Source: Octopus vulgaris
Lineage: Eukaryota
Direction: 5' to 3'
DNA: 64,000 bases
Assembly (NCBI GenBank): GCA_951406725.2
Contig: OX597827.1
Location: 67,580,001 to 67,644,000 of the forward strand
A program made the position numbers and the translations under genes. The notes under the pieces are model-generated. The model ran no database searches. It had not been told where the DNA came from and was given only the letters and a program-made list of their open reading frames with translations. The first letter of the stretch is position 1. The number at the start of each line of letters is the position of its first letter. This document shows, piece after piece, positions 13,333-28,052 of this stretch.

Positions 13333-13748
13333 TATATGACATACAAATATACTATAATATATGGATATATAATATATCAATGTATAGTATAGATATATTA
13401 TAGATAAATAATGTCATCAGTTTCCCTAATAAAATTATCAAAGTTTCTAATCATAAAACGTACTAGGCAATGTTTTCAGTTTTATACCAATAGCACCTAA
13501 ATAATCAATGACAAAACATTCTAGCTATGCAATATTGTACGTAACTTCAATTTAAGACATTTATAAATCTCGCGGGCATTTATTAATTCAATGTCACATT
13601 GACTTAGCCGATAGTGCAAAGTATAAGTTTTCCATCAATTCTACATATGCATCATACTTAGATAATGCTAAGGCATTTTCAACTCCAAAATATATTAAAC
13701 AGCAACAATGAATACGTTTTCCACTCTTGCGAACAAACACATAGACAC

Positions 13749-13801
<53 letters not shown>

Positions 13802-14028
13802 GCATGTATTTATGTGTGTATTCGTATATTTATGTATAAATACATAAAATAAACGGCGGAGATGTTTCAGCCTACACAGAGGCTACAGGAGTTTCAACGA
13901 TGTTTTACAATCTCCTCTAAATCCAGCATTGTCATGGATTTAGAAGAGCTAGAACAATCTCTCTGTAGCCACCCCACTCATCAGATGTTTCGGGATATGG
14001 GGAACCATCTCTGACGTCTATTTTTCAC

Positions 14029-14029
<1 letters not shown>

Positions 14030-14121
<92 letters not shown>

Positions 14122-14201
14122 GAAGGTATACAGATATACATATATTGAAATATATATATATTTATATGCATGTATACATATATATATTTATATACATCAA
14201 C

Positions 14202-14260
<59 letters not shown>

Positions 14261-14392
14261 AATATATATATACATACATACATATATATATGTGCATGTA
14301 TCTATATAAACACATGTATAGATGTATATATACACACATATGTATTTATGTATATATATTTCAGTATATATATATACATAGGTATATGTTTA

Positions 14393-14425
<33 letters not shown>

Positions 14426-14520
14426 ATAAATATTTATATATCTGTATATATATATATTTATATATTTGTATATATATTGATGTGTATATATATTTAAATA
14501 TATATATACATATCTATATT

Positions 14521-14572
<52 letters not shown>

Positions 14573-14785
14573 TACATATATACATATATATCAATATAAT
14601 ATCGATATAGATATATATATATATGTGTATATAAATATATATACATAAATGAATATTTATATATATATATATATGTGTGTATATATAAATATATATATAT
14701 ATATAAACATATATATATATATATGTGTATATATAAATATATATATATATAAAACATATATATATATATGTGTATATATAAATAT

Positions 14786-14833
<48 letters not shown>

Positions 14834-14867
14834 AAATGTATATATAAATATACATAAATATATATAA

Positions 14868-14909
<42 letters not shown>

Positions 14910-14955
14910 GCATATGTTTATATATATATGCATTTATATATGTATGTATATACAA
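14030..14955. repeat. Degenerate (TA)n field
   Basis: Seen directly; similar fields at 9200-9830, 23110-23555, 24285-24840 and 43540-45185, and (TAGA)n fields at 18955, 31160 and 50930-51430. Confidence 0.95.
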
Positions 14956-15387
14956 GAAATTGGTTTATTTGCTGCATGGTGCATCTCCTGATTATTTGTA
15001 TGTTAATAAATTATTATGAAATTTAGCTGAATAAAACCTGACAAATGAATTAATGGAGTGAGAATAATAACGATAACAAGAATAATAATAATAATAACAA
15101 TGCTTATTGTTGCGGTTAATTGTAATAATGAACGTTAAGTCTGTTGGTAGTTTGAATGATTCCGTTTCAGGTACAAGTGAAGAAGATAATGACTATCATC
15201 GTCATAGGAAGAAGATGAAACGAGGGGCGGTAACCCTTCTTTTTGCTTGTGAGTTTAATTATGATTGGGATTGTGTGGAGCACAGCGACGACGACAACGA
15301 TTATGATGATGAGGATTATGATGGTGATGATGATGATGATGATGTTGGGGAGGAGGAGGAGAATTGAGAGGAGGGAGGAGGAAGAGG

Positions 15388-15503
15388 AGGAGGCGGGTAG
15401 AGATGACACTATTTTGGTCAGAATGGAGACCATCGATGGTTATGGTAAGTGTTGGTAATAATGACGACGATGATGATGATGTGGAGTAGGAGGAGGAGGA
15501 GAA

Positions 15504-15538
<35 letters not shown>

Positions 15539-15688
15539 ATGAGGAGGAGGAAGATGGGGAAGAGGAAGAGGAGGAGGAGGAGGCGGGTAGAGATGACACT
15601 ATTTTGGTCAGAATGGAAACCATCGATGGTTATGGTAAGTGTTGGTAATAATGACGACGATGATGATGATGTGGAGGATGAGGAGGAA

Positions 15689-15720
<32 letters not shown>

Positions 15721-15920
15721 GGTGGAGGAGGAGAAGGAGGCGGGCAGAGATGATGCTATTTTGGTCAGAATGGAGACCATCGGTGGTTATGGTAAGTGTT
15801 GGTAATAATGACGACGATGATGATGATGTGGAGAAGGAGGAGGAGGAGGAAGATGATGATGAGGAGGAGGAGGAGGAGGCGGGTAAGTGTTGGTAATAAT
15901 GACGACGACGACGACGCCGA
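15388..15920. repeat. Composite minisatellite, ~155-190-bp units (3 full + 1 partial)
   Basis: Repeated AGGCGGGTAGAGATGACACTATTTTGGTCAGAATGGAGACCATCGATGGTTATGGTAAGTGTTGGTAATAATGACGACGATG core separated by variable (GAG)n tracts. Confidence 0.9.
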
Positions 15921-16200
15921 TGACAAGGAAGAGGAGGAAGAAGAGGAGGAAGAAGAGGTGGAGGTTGAAATGTAGGAGAAGGAAGACCAAGTGGGTGCTC
16001 ATTACAAAGGGTATTTTTGATCGTGACGTTTAGGATGGAATTCACACTGGAAATGTTATTCTGTGTGATGATGTTGCTTTTGATCAACGTAATGAACTCT
16101 AGAAGAGAAGCGATGATGATGATGATGATGTTTTGTTCGCAACAATAATACTGGAAATGCTGTAGACTATTTTAAAGATATAGTCTTAGTTATTGTACTC

Positions 16201-16269
<69 letters not shown>

Positions 16270-16271
16270 TG

Positions 16272-16317
<46 letters not shown>

Positions 16318-16338
16318 TGATGATAATAATAATAATAA

Positions 16339-16933
16339 TGTACGCCACTAGCCCAGAAGGAATATAAGAGACGCCACGACAATATAGCCAGGCTTGTAAA
16401 TTGGACACTTTGCATCAAGTATGGACTTGACAGAGCAAAAAATTAGTATGACCACAAACCTTAAGGTAATGTCGAAAATAGAAATGCAAAGATCCTATGG
16501 GATTTTATGATTCAGTACGACCATGAGATAGAGAATAGGAAGGCGGACATAGTCTTAATTGAGAAAGAAAACAAACTATGCTGGATCATAGACATAGCAA
16601 GCCCAGCTAATAACAAAGTATGCGATAAGGAAGAAAGAAATCTTGAGAGAAATAACAGGTTAGCTTGGGAAGTTAAGCAGTTGTGATTGATGAAAAAGGT
16701 AGCAATAGTACCAATAATTGTCGGAGCCCTGGGAACAGTGAGCAAAAATTTCGAGAAGTACGTGGAACCAATAGGGGCTACATTAAGTGTGGAGCACTTG
16801 CAGAAAACAGCCCTGCTTGGAACCGCTCGAATACTCCGGAAGGTGCTCGAAAATAAGAGGTCTTACCTTACTTCACTGGTAGTGAACAGCTGACACTGTA
16901 GTAAATCTCCAGTGTTAGAAGCAGTGGAAAGGC
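16339..16933 (+). mobile_element. Dong/R4-like LINE 3' fragment (third subfamily)
   Basis: EYKRRHDNIARL...KILWDFMIQYDHEIENRKADIVLIEK...WIIDIASP...IVPIIVGALGTV...LQKTALLGTARILRKVLE; embedded in (TAA)n on both sides. Confidence 0.85.
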
Positions 16934-17019
<86 letters not shown>

Positions 17020-17024
17020 TAATA

Positions 17025-17990
17025 AAATGTCCTGATGCAGTACCAGGCAGTGGCTCTCATGGTTTCTCATCTTAACTGATTGGAAGTGTTATCAGGTACA
17101 TTGTTTTGTCTTGGTATAAAAGATGAGCTACAGTAAATATTCTTCACCATGCCACAGATTTGCTCGTAAGTTGCTTGACCTTAACCACTTGAGCATGTCC
17201 CTTAGTGGCTGACGATATGTGCATTTCTGATTGCGAACAGAAGTAGTGGGAAAGAATCTTAACCATAGGCGCAGGAGTGGCTGTGTGGTAAGTAGCTTGC
17301 TTACCAACCACATGGTTCTGGGTTCAGTCCCACTGCGTGGCATCTTGGGTAAGTGTCTTCTGCTATAGCCTGGGGCCGACCAATGCCTCGTGAGTGGATT
17401 TGGTAGACGGAAACTGAAAGAAGCCTGTCGTATATATGTATATATGCGTATGTATGTGTATATGTTTGTGTCTCTGTGTTTGTCCCTCTAGCATTGCTTG
17501 ACAACCGATGCTGGTGTGTTTACGTCCCCGTCACTTAGCGGTTCGGCAAAAGAGACCGATAGAATAAGTACTGGGCTTACAAAGAATAAGTCCCGGGGTC
17601 GATTTGCTCGACTAAAGGCGGTGCTCCAGCATGGCCGCAGTCAAATGACTGAAACAAGTAAATGAGTAAAAGAGTAAAAGAGTATGTGTTGAGAGGAATT
17701 CTGTGGCGTTTGGATAATTCACCTTTGGAAACATCGGTATTTTGTTCAACATCCTTAAACAACCCTTATTCAGGGATTTTTGTGCAGGATGGGCTGCTCA
17801 TTTCTAAGAAACTTCTAACTGGTCCCCACCTACAAGGTCATGCGCTGTTTATCTTGATATGTCGCGCACATATGTTTGTGAATCATGTGCCTGGTGTACC
17901 CTTGTCGGACGGGTGGTCATGATGGGTATACTGGGCTTCGTATATTTTACCCCAGCGTCACTTTGATGGCATGCACTGCTCTCTCACTCA
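17025..17990 (+). mobile_element. ~550-bp non-coding interspersed element in TAA repeats, interrupted by a SINE
   Basis: Starts AATGTCCTGATGCAGTACCAGGCAGTGGCTCTC and ends GCACTGCTCTCTCACTC(AAT)n. The second copy at 35419-35705 is contiguous across the SINE insertion point. Confidence 0.75.
17268..17682 (+). mobile_element. tRNA-derived SINE (family A) with internal TA/TG microsatellite
   Basis: Head GGCGCAGGAGTGGCTGTGTGGTAAG...GGGTTCAGTCCC (A/B-box-like); tail (AAAAGAGT)n. Copies at 42290-42775, 55749-56400, 57490-57930 and 62938-63285. Confidence 0.85.
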
Positions 17991-17996
17991 ATACAA

Positions 17997-18071
<75 letters not shown>

Positions 18072-18093
18072 CAACAACAACAACAATAACAAC

Positions 18094-18127
<34 letters not shown>

Positions 18128-18136
18128 GTAATAGTA

Positions 18137-18188
<52 letters not shown>

Positions 18189-18893
18189 TCAGCAGTGGAG
18201 CCCCAGCATGGCCGCGGCCTTCGGGCTAAAACATTTCTAAGGATCTAAGGATCCATCCATGAATTGATTTATTTATTAATTTTTAAATACATATTTTACC
18301 TGTGAATTTGCGCGTGTAATCTGGGAATGCATATAATGAGCTTCTCTGCCCCAGGGGTACCGAAAACACTCGGCGAGAAACGGAAGAAAATTTGAAGAAA
18401 GAAGGAAAAAAATTTTTTTTTTAATAATAATACTAATACTTGGCATTACTTGGAACTGCACGCATATTGCGTAAAATGCTGTCTGTCTGAAGTCCTTGCT
18501 GTGACTTGACAAACACTACAAACCCCGGTGGACACATCTTCAATCAAAAACGTCATGATATTTTATTTTTCATGTGGCTAAGAATTCATCCAAAATGGAG
18601 ATGTGTACCATCACTTCTGAGTGCCACACATGAACAGTTGTGAAAATCTCTCCAATTGAAATTTTAACTTGCCTTGTTATCCCACAAATAAAGAATGTTT
18701 GTCTACCACTGCGCGGTTTGTCTACTACTGCACTCTCCATCACGCGTAAGCGTTAATGATTTAAACGTATTATCCTGAGTTAAGACTGATATGTGCAAGA
18801 ATACATTTAATTGGAAATGGATTTGCATTTTATGTATAACGATACATAATTATCTGCGAGTATGTACGCATCTGTATGTATACATAAACACAC

Positions 18894-18936
<43 letters not shown>

Positions 18937-18982
18937 TAAATAAATAAATAAATAGATAGATAGATAGATATTTATATAGATT

Positions 18983-19045
<63 letters not shown>

Positions 19046-19068
19046 TGATTGATTGATTGATAGGTAGG

Positions 19069-19162
<94 letters not shown>

Positions 19163-19317
19163 TGTTTCTTTGTTAGACACACAGGGCTGAACACAGAGGG
19201 GACAAGTTACTATGTAGAGCTTTTCTATTTGGGGAGAAAAATAAATTAAAAATAAAAATAAAAAGGGGGTAGGTTTTCCATCAAAAGGGATCGTAAAAAA
19301 GAAAGAAAAATATATAT

Positions 19318-19377
<60 letters not shown>

Positions 19378-20562
19378 CTTTTATTCTTTTACTCGTTTCA
19401 GTCATTTGATTGTAGCCGTGCTGGAGCACCAACTTTTGTGTGTGTATACACGCGGATTAAAAAGCGGTAGACAGATTGTCGGCAGTCATTTTTTTTTCGT
19501 GTGGATTATATTTAAATTGCGACAACTGTAGAAGAGAGTTTTAGTTTGTTAAAACTTTTCAGTGTTTCATAACATATATGCATATGTACGTACATGTCTG
19601 TGTGTGTGCATACAGACATATATCTGCTCATGTATATATTTTTACACACACACACACACACACACGTAAATACATACGTATGTGTATATGTAAGAGTGTG
19701 TCTACAGATAAAGTATGCAATTATCGATCTAATATGTCTTGGAAAAATTCTTTCGGCACCACACGGCTATACTTCACGGTAATATCTTCCATTTATACGG
19801 AAGAAGTAAAAAAAAAAGGATAAAACTTTTACAACCAAATGGTAACAAATGTATTTGATCATAAGTTTGCGTGAAAAGCTTCGCCGTCACTCGCAAGCGA
19901 GTAAGAGCCGGTGTCTTGTGCCTTTATTTCACTGATTGCTTTCGGTGCTTATGTTGTCGCGTGAAATCGTAGTCACCCTCTCGACCTTATTATTGACCAG
20001 GCTGGATAACACGCAGATGACAGCTGTTGAAGAGAAAACTGCACCAGAATTGAACTGATACTTATTTTAGTTGGTACATGAGGTGCCTTGCTCAACGACA
20101 GAACGCATAGCCTTGTCAGGAATCGAACCTAGTACTAGTATTTATATATATATATGCACAGCGTACTGAAATTTGCTCTGTTAGGCATTATGCACAATTT
20201 ATGTAGAGTGCTCTCACTATAACAGAGAATACAAGAAAAATCACTACATTTAGAATAGGGACAGAGAGGTGCAACTTATTGAGTAGTGATACCACGCAAT
20301 AGGTAGAAGATTATACAAAAAATATTTGCTAGTAGCTTAAGCTCAAATATTGACATTTGGGGTGTAGGGATTTTTCAATAACATCAATGTGACTGGTACT
20401 TTATCATAAAGTTACATACTTACTCCAGAAAGATGAAAGTCGAATACGACCTCGGCGGTATTTGAACTCGGAACGAAAAATCCAAAATAAATGGCGATGT
20501 AGTAACTATTTCTAATTTAGGTACACCGCCACAATTTAGGGAGAGGTGAGTCGTTTATTCTA

Positions 20563-20820
20563 TTGACTGTTCTTTGAGCCACTTCGTAACTACAGTTTTC
20601 ACTTCATAGTCACTGGAATAATGTTTGCCTCTCAAGCCCTCTTTCACGGGGCCGAAGATTATTCCAGTTACGACGAAGTGAAAACTGTAGTGAAGACGTG
20701 GCTCAAAGAACAGTCAACAGAATTTTACGGGGCTGGGATACATGCTCTCATTCGAAGCTGGAACATTGCTATAGAGAGAAACGGTAACTATGTTGAGAAG
20801 TAGAGATGTGATCCAGAGAA
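20563..20820. mobile_element. Partial second copy of the fold-back mariner derivative
   Basis: Near-identical to 12985-13245, including the inversion junction (CTGGAATAATGTTTGCC...GGGGCCGAAGATTATTCCAG). Confidence 0.8.
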
Positions 20821-21387
20821 TCAGATTTTGACTGCTAGTTTATCTTAACGATTCTGAAAAGCAGTAAGTCAAAGTAAGTTGATCTTGCAAAGATTTAAAC
20901 ACAGTATGTAAAATGCTGAAATAAGTACATACATAGTAATTACTTTACATTGAAGTACAAGACCTGCAGTTTTGAGAGAGCATTCGCCGAATATATGACT
21001 TCCTGTGTTTAATGGTACTTTCAATTTTAATGAGATTGAGCGCAGTCGATTATAATCTCTCCGGTACTTTGCCGATACTTTATTTAATAGAGAAGGAAAA
21101 GATGAAAGGCAAAGCTGACCTCAGCGTGATTTGAACCCAGAAAATAAAACGAATACCACAAATCGATTTTTTTTCTTGTCTGTTTCTCGTGATGCTATCA
21201 GCTCATCGCTTTGATTAAAAGAATTATTATACGTTTATTCTGCTCCAGCTGAAGGGTCGTCCTTTTTCCCCGATTCAGGTCGTCTTTAAAAACCTAACAA
21301 ATAACGGTCAACTAGGAATTTCCACCTAGCTCCCATTTTTATGAATTTTCATCCAGATATTTATAGCTAAGTATAACGATATGTGTG

Positions 21388-21459
<72 letters not shown>

Positions 21460-21460
<1 letters not shown>

Positions 21461-21685
21461 AGGGTTGACCAAAAGCCACCAGACAGTAGTTGAAAACTAT
21501 TTAATTCCAATTATTTTATATCAGAATTTGCTAATAAATAGACATATGTTGAAAAAAATCCTTGATCTTTTTAACTCACGGCATTCAATTATTAAGCATT
21601 CATAATTGGAATGAATAAATAAAATTGAATATTAAAGTATTTATGGAATTTTGATTTTTTGTCGGGTGACTTTTGGCCAACCCTA
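21460..21685. mobile_element. Tc1/mariner-type MITE in (TA)n
   Basis: TIRs CAGGGTTGACCAAAAGCCACC / GGGTGACTTTTGGCCAACCCTA. Confidence 0.7.
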
Positions 21686-21687
21686 TG

Positions 21688-21761
<74 letters not shown>

Positions 21762-21768
<7 letters not shown>

Positions 21769-21930
21769 TTATTTGCATTATTTACATTTGCTGGATATTT
21801 GTCCTCATCTTGTTTGCTGCTAACACGTTTCGGGTGATATACCCTCCAGCATTCATCAGGTGTCTTGGGGAAATTTCGAACATGGGTTCTCATTGCTAAG
21901 GTATTTTTCTATGTTGTTATTATTATTACT
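21762..21930 (-). mobile_element. Degenerate copy of hammerhead-bearing Penelope-type pLTR
   Basis: Homologous to 31722-31925; minus strand reads GACAC CTGATGA ATGCTG...CACCC GAAACGTGTT. Confidence 0.7.
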
Positions 21931-24687
21931 ATTCTGAGTTCAAGTCCTGCCGAGATCGACTTTGCCTTTCGGAGTCGATAAATTAAGTACTATTGAAACA
22001 CTGTGGTCAATGTAATCAAATAGTCCTCTCCCCACCCAAAAAAATTTCTGGTCTTTGCCTTTAGTAGAAAGGATTATTAGACGATTTACTTAAAGCGGCG
22101 GGAATGGCAGAATTTGTTAGCAAGCCGGGCTAAATGCTCATTTCGTCCGTCTTTACGCTCTGCTTTACGTCCGTCTTTACGCTCTGCTTTCAAATTCCAC
22201 CAAGGTCGGTCGACTTTGCTTCTCATCCTTTCGGGGTTGATGAAATAAGTACCAGTGGAGCACTGGAATCGATGTAACCGACTAACCCCGCTCTCCCAAA
22301 GGATTATTAAATGACGTACTGAATTAAATATTTGCCCTTCTACCCCGTTTCTTTGCTGCTGTTGTCATTCTTTATCCTCACATCAGCTCTGATAGAGAGA
22401 CTAGAGCCTTGATGAAAGCATTCTGGCACTGATCACACTTATCTTTTATTCACATATACAATTATCTAGGATTACGTTATCTATTAGTTTCTTCTCTGTT
22501 AAGATAGTAGCGTTGAGATTTTAGGAGTATATAGCTTCTATTACTGAGCGATACACAGAGAGCTTCCCTATCAATCTGTCTCCTTCGTTAATTCGGCTTC
22601 GTTTTGGTCCATGAAACCCATGATCATTACAAGTGACTGTGCTTAGTTATTATCACATTATTAAAGTTTGTATAAGAAAAACATTCGTCCTAACGAGTGA
22701 ACGAATCTAATATTTTAGACTCAGAATAAATGAGAGAATAAAGAGATCTTATAGAAATAATAAAACTGAGGATGAGAAAATGAAAGAAAAGGAATGATCT
22801 AGGAATATAGATGAGGCTGGGAAGAGACAAAAGAAAAAAGATGTGGCTGGAGAGAGAGAAAAAAAGCATAAGATGGCCTAATAGCGTGGAATTTGACGAG
22901 AGAGATGGGTTGGCCTGATGTGCACAGAAGTATGGCGAGTAAACTAGTATACTTTTCGTGTTCGGGAATATTATGTTCTCACTATTCCGATCATTTTTCA
23001 CATTTCCCAGGACCATTACGTTTTATTCTCACCGTTCATTTCTTTTTTAATATCACGATCGGCTGTAATTCGTATCACTCTCTCTTCAGCCTTCTCACTT
23101 TGTAAACGCTATAATATAATATATATGTGTTTGTGTATGTGTATGTATGTATATATGTATATGCATATATATATATGTATATATATATATATGGGTGTGT
23201 ATATATGTATATATCTATATGTGTGTGTGTATGTATATATGTATACGCATATATATGTATATATATGGGTGTGTATATATATGTATATATCTATATGTAT
23301 GTATATGTATACGTCTATATATATATGTGTATATATATATGTATATATATTTATGTATATATATACGTATGTATATATGCATATGTATACAAATATATAT
23401 TTATATATGTATATATATATATATATATACATACACACATACATAGACACATACATACACACACACACACAGACACACATATATATATATATATATATAC
23501 ATGTGCATGTATGTATGTATGTATATATATGCGTGTGTGTGTGCGAACATATATGAATCTTTTCCCTTCAACTCTTTGTCCTGCTTTCTTACTTTCTTAC
23601 TCATCACGTACCTTGTTTTCCCCCAAATCAATCCCATTTCGACTCACCCTCGTCTTCTTACAAATGTTTGCCACCTCTCTTTCGTATACAACTCTCCCCC
23701 CCTCATCGTGCACTTCCTTCTCTACTCACACAGTAACCACCTCTCTTTTCTCATCTACCATTCTACACCACTCCTCTTTTCAGTCTTTTCATCCGAGAAT
23801 TTGCACTAAGTGTAACAGGTGGTCATAGTCCCCCACCAACCCCGCTGCCACTCTCAGTCCTTCGTTCTTTCTTTTTGCCATTTTTTTCTCCCTCTCTCCT
23901 CTCTTCCTCTCTTCCCTTCTTCAAAAACGAAAAACAAGCGCCTGAAACCTTCAATTTTCCACTTTCGCACGGTAAATCAACAAACGAAAATATATTTTCG
24001 ATCAAAGAAATCTTGTTTTCATCGATACAGAACAGAAGTAATTTATTCGTATTATGAACATTTAGTATATTATCAATTTGTCTTACTCCTACATGCCATA
24101 ACGAAAGGCAAGTAATCCTCGTGTACTGTATATAGGTGAACAGAGACATAAAATTTCGCCAGACATAGATAAGAGACCGCCTTTCTCCCCAGCTTCTGTC
24201 TGCGTTCTGATTCGTAGCATCTCTTTAAGGAATATCATGTTCTTTGTAATAGGATTACATTATATAAGGATTATATGCATACATCCATATATATATATAT
24301 TTATATATATATATATATATATGGTGTGTGTGAGAGAGAGAGAGTGTGTGTGTGTGTGTGTTTGTTGTTTATGTACATATTTGCGTGTGCGACAATGTAT
24401 GTGTATATGCATATATATATATGTATATATGTATAAATATATATATGTATAAATATACATGTATAAATATGTATATATATATATACATAAACATATATTT
24501 ATACATATATATAATGTATATATGTATACATATATATGTTTATATATATATGTATATATATAAATATATATCTATATGTATATATATATATGTATATATA
24601 TATATGAGTGTGTATATATATGTATATATATGTTTTTATATATGTATATATTTGTATATATGTATATATATGTATATATATGTATAA

Positions 24688-24750
<63 letters not shown>

Positions 24751-27649
24751 TGTATATATGTACATGTATATATATGTAAATATATATATATATATGCATA
24801 TATATATGCATATATATATATATATATGTTTGTGTGTATGTATGAATGTATTCATTTATGAATTAAAAGCAGCTCGAGGGAAATAAACAATATGGAACAT
24901 ACATAACTTGTGTGTACGTATTCGATAATATTTGCGTGTATGTGTGTGTGTGTGTGTTAGTAGATAGATAGACTTAAATGAATTTAGGAAGTACGATTTT
25001 TAGCTAAGTAAGATATTTACTCTCCAAAAGTGCACAGCTTAAGTTGTGTATACGGGAGTTAAACAAACGAGATGACCTCCTCTCCTCAACAAGAATTCTA
25101 CATTAAGAAAATAGGCAATATGTAGCACCACTTCCCTCCCTTGGTGTGTGTGTGGTGGGGAAGCAAATACATCAGTTACTGATATATGTAATAGCAGTTG
25201 AAAAAAATAATAGGAAAAATTATGTATAAGGCTTTAGAATCTTTTCTTTTACTCGTTTCACTCATTGAACTATTGCCAAGCTGGGGCATCGCTTTGAAGG
25301 GTTTTAGTCAAATAATATCACAATATTTATTTTATTTAAAAGTTTAATACTTATTTTATAGGCTCTTTTGCCAAACCGCCAATTTATGGGAGTGTGAACA
25401 TACCATCAACGGCTGTCAATCGGTTGTGAGAGCCAAATATATGAAAGAAGGCATGCACACACACAAAATACAAAATACACAGTTATTTCTTGAGATAGGT
25501 AGTAATAACAATACTCAAAATATAATACGGACTGGAGTTGTAGTGCTCCAAATGAGTTATATTCCACTTCTTAATATTAGCGGGGGCAATGCGAGCAGGA
25601 ACTAAAGGAATATTACTAAGATCCACACTCAAAGATCAGCTACTTACATATATTCATATATTCATTTATATCTACAGAACGGATATAAAATCCAACATAC
25701 ATAAATATAATAATATATGTAAATAGATAAAAATCATATAATATATATAAATATATAAGAATCGGTGTTACATACAAAACACAGTTAATTTACGCTTAAA
25801 GTTATAAAACATTGGTAAATTAAAAATTTGGGATAATGAAACATATAAAGGACATATTAAAATGGTGTATTAAAATTCTAGAAGAAATACAGAAAAAATA
25901 CAAGAATACAGAAATTACAAAATTTTTCACCAATTGATATGATACATTTCATATTCTCGAATGTGTATGTATGTATATATAAATATGGGACTTCTTTCAG
26001 TTTCCGTCAACCAAGTCCACTCGCAATTAAACATCATCATCATTGCCATCATCATTATTGTTCACAGCAGCAAAATCAGTTCCGTCAACACGGTCGTCAT
26101 CATCATCATCATCATCATCATCATCAACAACAACAACAACAACAACGTTATCATCAACTTCGAATATATGATGAGTGTCTTTAAGTGACCGTTCAACCTG
26201 CGAGAAATGTCAACCAAATATCCATATCAAATCATATCCTAGTATTTCATAAACGAAGGACTCGTTGAAGAAGATACGTCTAGATATAAAATATACCTCA
26301 AAGAGATAACATGGTCATGGATGGAACGTCTTCTGCTAATTACACACACACACACACACTACATCCACAACCCAGCTTATACGCTGTACCAAATCATAAG
26401 TAAAAGACTGTAAACCCAGAGATGTCAGAACCAGGCAGTGTCTAACGGCCTTGTAAAGTCAAATCACACAAACAAAACCCCTTAGAACCCACTGTCACCC
26501 ATTTTACTTGGGCCTTATTGTTTCGAGTCCTTCCACTCATCGAGCTTTTTACCCTGTTTCCATGACATATGAATGACCGAAATTAAAACATTCCCTCTGA
26601 ACGAGAGGCCAGTTCGCCGCCATTTCAGTTATTTACTGCTGACTTGACAGGAGGGAAATAGTCCTTTCTGTTCAAGAACAGAGTACACTGCCTGGTCTGA
26701 AAATCGAAACTCCGATCGTGCGATCATGAGTGCAACAACCCAAACACTCGGCTACGGACCCTCGTTATTCTATCGCAACTTATTTTTATTTTTAGCATTT
26801 CGGGCCTTGTACCTGGATTAAAAAAGAATATCATCAGCGCCGCCTTAATACAAAGGACAATACTAGACAGTTGCCAAGATGGCTTTTGCATGCCGGATAT
26901 GATGCTTAATGACATTTCGTCCGTCTATGCGTTCTAAAGTTCAAATTCCGCCAAGGTCGACATTGCCTTCCATCCTTTCGGGGTCGATAAAATAAGAACC
27001 AGTTAAACACTGGGGTCGATCTTAAATTGTTGATCTGAAATTGTTGATCTTATTCCCAAACTTAATACCAATACTGGAGAATTGCCCGGGGAAGTTAAAT
27101 TGAGATCAATCAGTCTTGGATGCCTACGTATCGCGGGAATCTATGAGTCTAGTGGATCTAATATTACATTTTACAGTTGTGTATGTAGGGTCCAACGGAC
27201 ATTGGTTTTCTCGTGGACTGTTATAATGTGATTATATTAAAGTCCTACATATAATCAGACGAGCCAACAGAATCCTTAATGTATTGGACAAAATGCTGCC
27301 GAGGTCGGCTTTTGCTTTGCGACATTCAGGGAGTTGATAAAGCAACGTACTAGTCAAGTACTGAGGCCCATATAATCGACCTACCCCTCTCCTCAAATAT
27401 CCTACATTTGCACCAAAATTAAAAAGAAAGATAATTACAGTTCTTAATAGAATATGATATATATGCAAAATTGAACGATGAATAATTGGAGATAAACATC
27501 TATTTAGAAAGGATGACCCACGCATTAGATTACTGTTCTTCTAGGTACTCTATCACCGCGACGACGCATGGGATACTTTGACGCTATATACATTTAGTCT
27601 AGCTACAAGATAAGAGACTGTCACCACTAAACGCCTTTGATGTATATAA

Positions 27650-27697
<48 letters not shown>

Positions 27698-27988
27698 ACA
27701 AATGGTAAAATTAATTAATTAAGAAGTAATCAGTAATTTCACCAAGTAGAATTCGGCATGGAAAAGACCAATTCATGGTAAACTTAAGTAATACTTTATA
27801 ATTAGGGTTCAGCAAAGATTTGCTTCACCACATACCGAAGTTTAGAAATAGCAATCAAAAAATCTTAGCTATTCCTTCTACTTTAAAAGGGACACCCAGA
27901 AAAACCAAAGTACTTGAACACAATCCACGCAGGCAAAAGGGAAAAAATAACGAAAATCAATCGACATTAGGTTACCTACGTACGCGCG

Positions 27989-28052
<64 letters not shown>

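Noticed and set aside
15107-16087. Acidic/Ser/His-rich ORFs
   Set aside because: Products of GAG/GAT repeats, open in several frames, with no domain or splice evidence.
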